Origin: Chlorokybus atmophyticus | Lineage: Eukaryota > Plantae > Mesostigma and Chlorokybus algae | DNA: 64,000 bases | Direction of reading: 5' to 3' | Assembly (NCBI GenBank): GCA_009103225.1 | Contig: RHPI01002402.1 | Coordinates: 496,001-560,000 of the forward strand | In this document: piece after piece, positions 13,458 to 23,410 of the stretch | How the letters are laid out: each line of letters starts with the position of its first letter | How positions within the stretch are numbered: the stretch's first letter is position 1 | Notes under the pieces: generated by a model | The model's input: the letters and a program-made list of their open reading frames with translations, nothing else | Told to the model about the DNA's origin: nothing | The model's database searches: none | Program-made: the position numbers and the translations under genes

Positions 13458-15166
13458 CTACAAAGAGCCAGGTTCTTTGCGCTTGCGCGTGTTCGTCCGA
13501 CTTGAGGTGTTCCCTGAAGACCGAAGCCTGTGTACCAGAGCGCGCTGTATCTCCAACACAAGCTCGGGGTGCTTGCTGAGCAGGCTCTCGTACTCCAGCG
13601 TGTTGACAACCACCTCGTACTCTTGCACCATGAGGCTGAGGCACCGCGCGCGCAGCGCAACTGAAGTGTGACGGTCGGCAACTTGAAGCAGGTGGCAGCA
13701 GTTGCTCGCGCACACGCCACGCATCAGTCGGCGTTCACACGCGGCTTTCAACTCTTCAAGCAGCAGCATATCAGCAGCCGCAAGTGTGTCCACAAGCAGT
13801 TCATTGGGCACATCGGTTGTAGCGGCATATATGTACCCAAGAACCGTCATGAGCACAGGCTCTGAAAGGCTTTTCAGGTCCAAAACCGGCTGATTTCTGT
13901 CGCGCATTTCCCCGTCCAACAGCGCACGGAAGTAATCACTGCGCGCGGAGAGAATGACGCGATGAGCGGGTATTTCCGCGCCGTCCGCAGCTTGAAGCCG
14001 TATGTCCGCGTACTGCTCTCTGCCGACAAGCTGGGCGTACTTGGCAGATAGCTGCGATGTGATCGGAGTGACTGCAGAGTCCTCGCTGCTCGCTTCATCG
14101 CGGAAGCGAAGCTGATGCACCAGCATGCCATCCACGGGCTGCTCCAGGTCGCGATAGCCGCCAAACAGGTAGCAGTTGCCTCGATAGACCACAGCAGTGT
14201 GATCAGCGAGGTCTGGAGCTGGCCATTCAGCAGCGTCCACCTTAGACCAGCAGAAGGTGGTGAGGTTGAGTAGATGCGTGGTGCCGCAGTTGCGCTCCTG
14301 CATCCATCCGCCGTGCACAAGCATGCCTTGCGGCATCATCACGGCGGCGTGTTCGCTGCGCCCACAAGGTACCCTCCCTGTTTGAGGCACAGCCCGCCAG
14401 GTTGCAGTGGAGATGGTGTAAATGTACAGGTCCTGGTAGCGTTCTGTGTTCTGCCCACAGCCACCAAAGACGATGAGGCTGTCCTCGGCTGCGACGCATG
14501 AGTGACCGCCGCGAGGGCTCGGCCAGCCGGCAGGACGTGGGTTGCGTGTGAGATTGGTCCACGCGAGATCAGCAAAGTCGAAGCGGAAGAGGTCGTTGAA
14601 CTTGTCATTTGCAGTCTGTCCTGCAAACACATACATTGAAGAGCCGACCACCACCGCAGAGTGGCCCCGTCGCGGTGATGGCGCCTCTGCCGCGTCCAAT
14701 GCCACCACACGTGTCCACTCCAGAGTGTGCAGATCTAGCCGAAACATGTCTGCAAGGTAGTCCCCATCTTCCCCGGAGCTCTGACCGCCAAACACCCACC
14801 TGTGGTATCACCAAAACACGTCGGCAACTTGCAACACAACAGTTGCAATGATCATCCCATCACTGCGCAACGAACAAATTAACAAATGTGCACATAGTTC
14901 ACGCTAGCGACTGGATTGCCAATGGCCTCAAGCAGTGAACGGTACTGGTCGACGAGGCACTGCTTGTGCCAATATGCTTTAGAACACCCGCTGTGACTTT
15001 GGCAAGCAGCACTGCAGTAATGTGAACCTTCCCACATTGCAATCATGCAGTCTGTCACTTGAAAATTGACTTAGACTTACATGGAATCATCATAGAGCAC
15101 CGCTGAATGTCCATCACGTCCTCGAGGGGTATTGGCAGTCACTTGTTGGGTGGGCACCCAACGCCA
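13458..15166 (-). CDS. Kelch-repeat + BTB/BACK protein (LZTR1-like Cullin3 adaptor); further 5' exons probably extend towards about 16300
   Basis: The 1.34-kb exon has repeated Kelch units (PSPRRGHSAVVVGSSMYVFAG, PSPRGGHSCV..LIVFGG, PCGRSEHAAV, LADHTAV..CYLFGG), then a BTB domain (YADIRL....IPAHRVILSARSDYFRALL) and a BACK region. Upstream exon 15081-15166 (PRGRDGHSAVLYDDSM) splices in frame to WVFGG. Confidence 0.85.
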
Positions 15167-16551
15167 CTGCTGCGTGTTAAAATCATGTATGATAATGTCA
15201 GCTGTGCAGACATTCTCTCCTAGATGCCCTCCAAACACTGCAGAACGTGAACAAAGTGTTCAGTCACAGCAACCACTATAGGGAGCTTGCGAGCAAGTCT
15301 GTGCTTACAATAACAACAGTGGTCGCTTGCCACTCCCTTCAACCCCGCACGCCCCTTCGGCCCAGCTCCACGCCAGTAACCAGGAACCGATAGCGAATGT
15401 GACCCGGATGCTGGTTGCTGCCGGCCATTACCGTCTGCCATAGCTTGAACTCCTCAGCGTCGGCTACGTTGCCTTATTGTCACGAGCAATCAGCATGCAG
15501 CATGCACGGTTGGCATGCGATGCCAGCCAAACTGTGCGCCAAATGCATGCTGACGGAAGTGCACCTGCAGTTATGCCTGAGAAGCAGGAGCCGATCAAAG
15601 GTGAGAACGTTGCTGGGTTTTGCAGTGCATGCATGTAAACGCTGCCCTCGCACACCAAAACAAACAGAATTAAGGGCAACGAACCAACAAATGGACGCTT
15701 GACAGCAGCGCGGCAAAGGGACCCAAGCACAATCAGCCTTATGGATAATATAGAAACAGGCATACTCACAGCTACAAAGTTAGGGTTGGGCCGACATTCA
15801 CAACTAACATAGCCAAGTTGATAGACGTTAATAGATAGATTCAGGCAGCGAGACATAACACTAAAGCAAGTAGCCATTGAAACACCAACAGCACGGTCAT
15901 ATGCTGCTATGGCGAAATGCAAGCAATGGCTACCTCCTCAACAGACATTGGGTGTAACAAACCACAGTTGTTCGACAGCAATCACCTTTCCTACAGCTGT
16001 AATCCAGTACTGTGTGACTTCACAATTCTGTCAACGCACAAGATGATCTACACGAGTAACATGCACTGCTATTACAAGTAACTAAGCAATGGGTAAGACC
16101 GGTTTGAACGAATAGAACACTACGAAATAACCCACCTGCTCAGGGGCGCCAGACCAGCAGCCACGATGACCCAGTAAAGCCGCTATCGCCGGCGCTATGC
16201 TGCGAGCCAGCTGCCCCAAGAAAGCCGATCTTTCTCCCCAAAGTGTCTCAGACAAAGCTGTCACTTCCACGATATATCACTGCTGCCGTCGTCCTCGTTG
16301 TCGTCAGCGGCGGCGGCGGCGGCGCGTGTCGTCCTCGGCGGGCGCGGCAACTTTCCAGCACCAGAAGACCTAACGTTCGCGGTTAAGATCCAAGCCCAGT
16401 ATAAGTAACTAAGCTAAGGCTAACCACGAATCAACCTCCGTGCCATTGCTTGCCACGTGGCAGTGCACGTCGCCGGCGGCGGGCTGTGTATGTCCACCAT
16501 GTCGACAACATTGTCGTCATCGCCGTCTCCTTGCTTGCGCTCGCTTCCGGC

Positions 16552-18438
16552 ATGCTCGTGTGTCGCCGACTGGCGGCGGCAGCCGTACAGGCCAGCAGTG
16601 CTACAGCAGCAGCAGCAGCAGCAGCGCCTGGTGCAGCACCAGCCTACTGCCGGGCGGCGGTGTTGGCGTCCTTCGGCGGTCCTGAAACCGTCTTCCTGCG
16701 CAACGATGTGCCCGTGTTGGAGCCGGCCCCTGGGGAGGTGCGCGTGCGAGTGCATGCCGCCTCCATCAACCCGCTGGACACAAGGGTGAGCTTGTTGTCA
16801 AGACATGCCATCAATGTCCAATTGCACAAGCATGCTTGCCCACAGTTGCTGCCAAGCATGCTGTGCAGAGTTGTGAGTTTTTGTCTACAAAGTGTAGATT
16901 CGTGAGGGATATGGCAAGGCGGTGTTCTCTGCCATGCTGCCGATGACCCTAGGGAGGGACATGAGCGGCGTTGTTGACAAGCTCGGCCCGCGCACTTCTT
17001 TGTTCACACCCGGGCAGGTACTAATAACATGTCGTGCAGAAGCAAGGAAGTGCTCTCGGTGCATGCAGGCAGGTAGGCAGGCAGCCAGGCAGGCTCTCCT
17101 CCATTTCAATGAGACTTTGGTGGCATGTGCATGCAGGCAGTGTTTGGTGCCATACAGCCATATGCACGCCATGGGACGCACAGCGACTATGTCAACATTC
17201 ATGAAAGCTACCTTGCACCAAAGCCATCGTCCCTGGCACATGAGGTGTGATAGGTGTGATAAACTGCATTTGCATGCGTGTCTTCGCATAGAAATGCAGT
17301 TTGTTGGCATATTTGAAAGGCTTCTGTTGTGGGACAGGAAGCCGCAGCTGTACCATTCACAGCACTGACTGCCTGGAAAGCTCTTGTTGTAGATGGCGGA
17401 GTGCGCGCAGGGTACGCTCTAATTGTACACTAGTGCGCATGCTCACGCAAGATAGGGACATGCCCAGTTGCACATGCTTGATGCTGCCGTTTTTACTTTG
17501 TTGACACAATACCTCCTTCAACTAACCTTGTTGCGCGCCTTCAGTCACCGTGTGCTTGTGCTTGGGGGCGGGAGTGAAGTGGGGCGGTATGCCATGCAGC
17601 TTGCTGTTGCGAAAGGTGCGTCCGTGGCTTGCACAGTCGGTCCGGAGCAAGAAGAGGAAGCCAGGGACAGTGGTGCGGATGCTGTAGCCGACTTCCGGCA
17701 AGTAAGTATGCATCCCCTGTCAATCACCCCAAACTCCCACTCCGTGCTGTGCGAATGCGACTTCATTCTTTTGCAGCGACCGGAAGATATAGCGCAACAG
17801 CTTCTTGCGGCCAACCCAACGCGATTTGACATCGCCCTAGACACAGTTGGCTCTGTGGACGCGCAGCGAACCGCAGCTGAAACACTGCGGTCTGGCGGCA
17901 TGTTTGTCACCCTGCATGGCCCGGCCGTAAAGCTTCTGGACAAGTAAGGTCATGCATTGAGGATAGGTCATAGGGGTTGCAATGATGGGTCAGCACTCAC
18001 ATGGGCACTCAAAGGCAGCCATCATGATATTGATGCACAATTGTGTGTAGGTATGGGATCCTCTTGGGCGGTGGGGTGGTTGCTGCAGAGTTGCTATCCG
18101 AAAAGGCGCATTGGCGCAAGTATGATGTTGGTGAGTCACCATGTTGATACTTTCTTGACCTTCTGCAAGCTCAAGCACATTTGTACTTGAGACAATGTCT
18201 GTGCAGGATGTCTTGTGGACTGCGCGTACTTGCACTAACATGCTGATGCCGCACAGACTTGAAGTGGGGCGTGATGCGCGCAGATGGGGATGCCTTAGCA
18301 GACATTGCCAAGTTAATCGACGCACGGCAGATCAAGTTGAGACAAGCCATGGTCGTGCCGTTTGAGCAGGTGGTAGATGTGCATAGAAAGTTTGAAGAGG
18401 GGGTCTACAAAGGCAAGGTTGTGTTACGGTTGGTGTAA
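16552..18438 (+). CDS. RTN4IP1: Zinc-independent MDR-family NAD(P)H:quinone oxidoreductase, RTN4IP1-like, with probable mitochondrial transit peptide
   Basis: FGGPE...PAPGEVRVRVHAASINPLD, LPMTLGRDMSGVV, VLVLGGGSEVGRYAMQLA and FDIALDTVG motifs; ends YKGKVVLRLV* (TAA 18436-18438). Confidence 0.8.
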
Positions 18439-18986
18439 GTCCGTCAGCCTGCATCTTATGAAGTGTGCAGTTGCAATTGCAGCTTGTTTCCTAGCACAAG
18501 TTCTTGCATTACATTGTCATGGGACAGCCCTACGTTGAAAATGTACAATTTAGTTGTGTGTAGGCACCACCACCATAGGCTGGAAAATCTCTCTCTTAGT
18601 ACAGCCCATGTGGGCAGGTATTACATGTATTGACTGCCATGGCTAACGGGGTGTTGGTAGTAGAGTAGGTAGTGAAACTAGCAAGTAACAGCAGCCCAGT
18701 GGTATACATGAACAGTGTATGTTGCATGCACTAAGGTGGTGGTACATTGCATGTGTCGTGCATGGGCATGACCCAATTTTCGTTGCACGCATTGCTGCTT
18801 ACACGTACCCAAGCCCACACACCTACCCAACAAGCATACTACATGACATCTAGTAGTATTATCAGCATGCGTGAAGCATACATCTATTGGTGGGTTGTGT
18901 TCGCCTCCATGGTCAGGGTCTAAAAAGGATGCCAATACAACATATGCATTGTCGTTGCAACGACAATGGCAAGACTATGTGGATGA

Positions 18987-19142
18987 CAATAGCAAGAGTT
19001 AGCAACTACATACATTGTATGTATGTATAGTTGCTAACTCTTGCTATTGTATGTATGTACAACTAGCTATGTAGTGTATGTATGTACAACTAGCAACTAT
19101 ACACACATACAATGTATGTATAGTTGCTAACTCTTGCTATTG
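18987..19142. repeat. Nested inverted-repeat (hairpin) block
   Basis: CAATAGCAAGAGTTAGCAACTA (18987-19008) is the exact reverse complement of TAGTTGCTAACTCTTGCTATTG (19028-19049). The right arm recurs at 19121-19142. Confidence 0.9.
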
Positions 19143-19504
19143 TATGTATGTACATACATTACGTGCATATTCTGTACACTTATACAACAACAAAACTACC
19201 ACTGGCACGCCAGTAGGGTTTAGCTCTAGGGCTGCTTACAATAGCATCGTCCGTGTGCACGGTGTACAAGTTGTTGTCAGATGCATGTGACATGACATGC
19301 AAAGCACACATATCATCATTAAAACAACAAGTCGTCACAAGTTGTGAGTCACAAGTTGAGTGACCAGAATCTGATCAGATGTATGTACAAGTGCAATTGT
19401 GTGCGTGAGTGTGCATGCGTGCGCGTGCGTGTGCGTGACTGAGTGTGCAATCTGGTCTATGTGCAAGTGTTTGTGTATAAGTATGCGTGTATACTTATAG
19501 ACCA

Positions 19505-19868
19505 GAATCAGATCTGTGTGCAAGTGTGTGCTTGTGTATGAGCGTGCGCGCTGAATCAGATCTGTGTGCAAGTGTTTGTAAACGCATGTGTGTGCGTATG
19601 CAGTCAGATCTGTGTGCAAGTGTTTGTGAATGCGTGTGTGTGCGTATGCAGTCAGATCTGTGTGCAAGTGTTTGTGAATGCGTGTGTGTGCGTATGCAGT
19701 CAGATCTGTGCGCAAGTGTTTGTGAATGCGTGTGTGTGCGTATGCAGTCAGATCTGTGTGCAAGTGTTTGTGAATGCGTGTGTGTGCGTATGCAGTCAGA
19801 TCTGTGCGCAAGTGTTTGTGAATGCGTGTGTGTGCGTATGCAGTCAGATCTGTGTGCAAGTGTTTGTG
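19505..19868. repeat. 48-bp minisatellite, about 7.5 units plus degenerate copies to about 19370
   Basis: Units start at 19505, 19553, 19601, 19649, 19697, 19745, 19793 and 19841. Consensus is CAGTCAGATCTGTGTGCAAGTGTTTGTGAATGCGTGTGTGTGCGTATG. Confidence 0.95.
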
Positions 19869-19954
19869 ACGTTTGTGTATACGTGTGCGCGTGCGTGTGC
19901 CGTTGCGTGTGAGTGCGCGTGCTACCCAAGCTACATGCACACCTAAGCACGCAC

Positions 19955-21031
19955 CTATTCTTGCATTGTAGTAGGGTCCGCGTCTAGTCCAGGTCTTGCT
20001 CACCGCACATGGCATACACCTCCGTCCACTTCTGAGGCTGTGACTTAGTTTGTTGATAGATGCCGCCCTCCAAGGTCTTGGCATCCATGACATTCCACGC
20101 ATTAATCAGGCACATAGTCTCCTCTACACTCCACTCGGGATCACGAGCTCGCATTGGCTCGGCATGATTACCCTTGTCGCGTGGCCTTCTTGCCTGCCTC
20201 GCGTTGACGCCTCTTTTCTTTAATAACTATAGGGCACAAGCATGGTCAGTGCTGCACGGTTGACACAGTCACTCAATATTTATACTATACTCACTATTCT
20301 CCGCCAGCAGTTCGGGGGGGCAGCGAAGGGTGACAGTAGGGCGCAGGTGTCGTGGAAGTTGAGCGGATGCTGGCTGTTGTGAAGCCGTGCTGTAAGGTTG
20401 TCGTGCAGGCATTCCGTCAGCTGGTAGCTCACGTTGCTCTTGTTGTGAATGTTGCTGCTGATGAGGTGGGTGCTGGTAGCCACTACCGTGGCTATCAAAG
20501 TGCTCTGCTGCCAGAGATAAGGTTAAGAAGTACGACAAGAGGCAACAGAGGCAGCAATGTAAAGCATTCAAACGGTGGAAGGGATGCACAGTTACCTTGG
20601 TTGACAAACGCATGTTGAGATTGCTGCTGCTGTGGTTGCTGATAACCGCTTTCCTGGCTATCATAATGCCCTACAGCCATGCGCATAGTTGACAAGCAGC
20701 AAACAAGCAATAGTTCGTATACTGTCAACACTGCAGCAAGCAACAATTGCAGCACAATTAACCAGCAGAGCAACGATATTATACAGCAAGTACCTTGATT
20801 GGCAAATGTTTGGTGAGGGTGCTGCTGCTGATGTTGTTGATGACAGCCGCTGCCCTGAGTATCATACTGCTCTGCGCATGCACATGTGCCTGGTTAAGAA
20901 GCAAAACACACAGGCAAGCGGACTGCATGCCATCAAAGCAAAATGCTCATGTTACCTTGACTAACATAGTCATAATGTTCATGTAAAGGCGGACCTTGGG
21001 CGCCCTGGTTGGGTTGCACATACCGGTCCAT
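19955..21031 (-). pseudogene. Disabled Myb/SANT-like (trihelix, Myb_DNA-bind_4-type) DNA-binding protein gene, 5 visible exons, 3' part missing
   Basis: Exons 21031-20956, 20871-20794, 20670-20596, 20507-20295 and 20226-19955 have GT-AG sites. The last exon reads RARDPEWSVEETMCLINAWNV...QKWTEVYAMCGEQDLD*TRTLLQCKNR, a trihelix pattern with TAG at 19984-19986 and a 1-nt frame discordance near 20165. Confidence 0.75.
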
Positions 21032-21309
21032 ACTGTGCAACACAACGACGCATAAACAACATGCTGGCCATCAACGGCATCGAGTGGCGCAAGCCCACAA
21101 ACACCATAGATGTTAGTGTTATGCTTGCTTGCAGCCAGGAAAAATATTGCAAACCTGAACTACAGGGTGCAATAAAGATGACCAGCTGGCTCTCGGCCGC
21201 CGCCAACTTCTCCTCCGCCGCCGCAGCCACCGCCGCCGCCGTATGCTGCACTAAAAGGCGTTGTGAACTTGTGAACTTGTAACTTTCTCCCGCCATGATT
21301 GTGGCGGGA

Positions 21310-21506
21310 CGCAGCTAACCCCGAGCTAAACCATCAGTTTTGGTGGTTTAGCAACAGCAGGGCGGCTAACACCGGAGTTAAGCCGACTCGGACTAACTCC
21401 GATCGCTAACTCCCGGTGCGAAACCGGACTAGGCGGCTCTTTTGGAGTTAGTCCGACGTGGCGGCACGAACTCCGGTCGCTAACACCCGGTGCGAAACGA
21501 CCCTAA
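21310..21506 (-). mobile_element. Putative PIF/Harbinger-type transposon end (TIR-like terminus, TAA, subterminal repeats)
   Basis: Read inward from 21503 the end is GGGTCGTTTCG, flanked by TAA (21504-21506). It contains a 30-bp direct repeat (21395-21424, 21469-21498), a 13-bp inverted repeat (21388-21400, 21444-21456) and many GCTAAC/CTAACTCC motifs. No matching second end was found. Confidence 0.5.
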
Positions 21507-23410
21507 GTAGCGGCGGATGCGGTAAGTGCATGCGAAGGGGTGAGGGAGTTGTACCATGGTCGCACACTGAGCACAACACTGTGTTGTGCCATATAGGTAT
21601 ATTGATTAATGGCTCATCATATTATGCGTGTTAATAAAGCTGAGTCGTCGAGATAGCGGCTTGATCTATCGATTGATGCATCGTTGGCCCGAGCCTGCTC
21701 GTCACTTTTATGTACGGTTATTCCCTGTACTATGTACGTAGGCAGATCAATATGACAATCATACACGCACACACAAACACAGATCAACAAGCTTAAGCAC
21801 GTAATCAATTTTGGCATGAGCAACAAACAATGCCTATGTGCACCAATTGAGTGCATGCAACGGGTGGGCAAGGCAGGCACGCAAGCACGCAGTGGCCACA
21901 AGTAGACGTGAGCAAATAGGCGCCTGGGTTGGCAGTATATATACATGTGATAAGCAAAACAATGATTGCACGTACGAAGCTCTTGCTCACGTCATCGTTA
22001 TAAACTGTACATGAATCGAGGATCATTTATAAATGTCATCTGATCATCGATGAACGCTCATCGAAGTTGTATGCGGTCAGTGCATAAGCTGTTTGTAAAT
22101 ACGCGTCATGACATGGGCATCCATTGACCCCATAAGGTCAGCCTCACCTCACTGCGCAAGGTCGTTGCCATTGCTGAGATCAAACTACGGCCCCGTTCAG
22201 ACATGACATGCAAAGCTGCGTTACTTCTGGCACAGCAAGCATAGGCTTTCCAGATGGGCTAGTTGCTTAGCGCACACGTATGCCGTTGATCCGGAGGGGC
22301 AACATCCGTCGGACGGCCAACATCCGTCGCGCCCAAGAACCTTGTACAATCTTTTTCTGTCAGCTCCATCAAGAAAGCAACGGGACACAAAATCTCTGGA
22401 ATCGCGAAGGACGCAAACGAAAAAGCAACGAAACAAGACAAAAAGCTGCTGCTGCATGCGTTTTTTGTCCGTTTGTGTCAGCATCGGTCCGCAGCACAGA
22501 ATGGGCTGTGGGCTAACTTTTTGCTTGCTTCCGCTGGCGGCGGCGGCGGCGGCGGCACAGGCGTGGTTGTTGAGGTCGAGAGTGGAGTAGTATTCCTAGG
22601 GCTCGGCTGTATTGCTGCTGGAAGAGGTGATCGTCGTGAGGTAAGGGAAGGGTCACCCACTTCACGGGCAAGCTTGCGGCATGCTGCTGAAGTGTGAGCT
22701 GCTGCTGTGTTGTCTGGCATGCATGGGTTTTGCAGCTTTGGACTTCCTCGGGAAGGCCTTGGCCTGTTAGTATAGAGCATGTTAAGCGGCAGCTGCAAAA
22801 TTGGCTGCTTGTTGCTTGGGATGGCGTCTAGGAAGCGGCATAGTAGCAGAATGCCCGCTTGCAATGCATGACCAGGCGGCATTCTTGCTTGCTTATCACG
22901 AGCGAAATGTTGGCTTCTGCAGGGTGCTGCTACTGCTGGAAGCTGACATAGGCCATATGTGAGTGCAAAGCTTGCCATTGAACAAATAGGCGGCAGTTGT
23001 AATGGATACGACCACCTGGGTGGACATTCCAGAGCTTGGAGAAAGTGAGTGATGATTGCTCTTGTCAGTCGCTGTTGCACTTGCGCCCATTCCAAATATG
23101 AATGGGCGCACCCACCCAACCCCCGTTACACGTACTCATGCATGTCACGTACTGTTGCATGTGTAAACACTGATATCTAGCTGTTTTGCATTCCGCAATG
23201 CTGGGCTTTGCTGCCTTGAAGCCAACTCAATCAGGCTGTCTACTGCTCTCGTGTGTCAATCAATGAGTGTAAAAGCAGTGTAAATTAGTTTACATGCAAG
23301 CCCAGGTTATCGATAACAACGCATGCTGCATGAGAGAAATGCATATTGCTGTATCAGAAATGACAATGCATGCGGATGGATTCTGCAAGCTAACCACGTG
23401 CTGGCTGGCA

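Noticed and set aside
15330-16300. Possible CBM48/AMPK-like domain at the N-terminus of the Kelch-BTB protein (PGHIRYRFLVTG)
   Set aside because: Frames and splice sites are ambiguous and the resemblance is limited to a few residues.
19335-20102. CRISPR-like array, or the long ORFs (255, 151, 141, 126 aa) across the 48-bp repeat
   Set aside because: Units are contiguous with no unique spacers and there are no cas genes. The ORFs arise because 48 is a multiple of 3 and the unit lacks stops.
21501-21506. Telomere-like CCCTAA
   Set aside because: It is a single unit and is better explained as the TIR end plus TAA.
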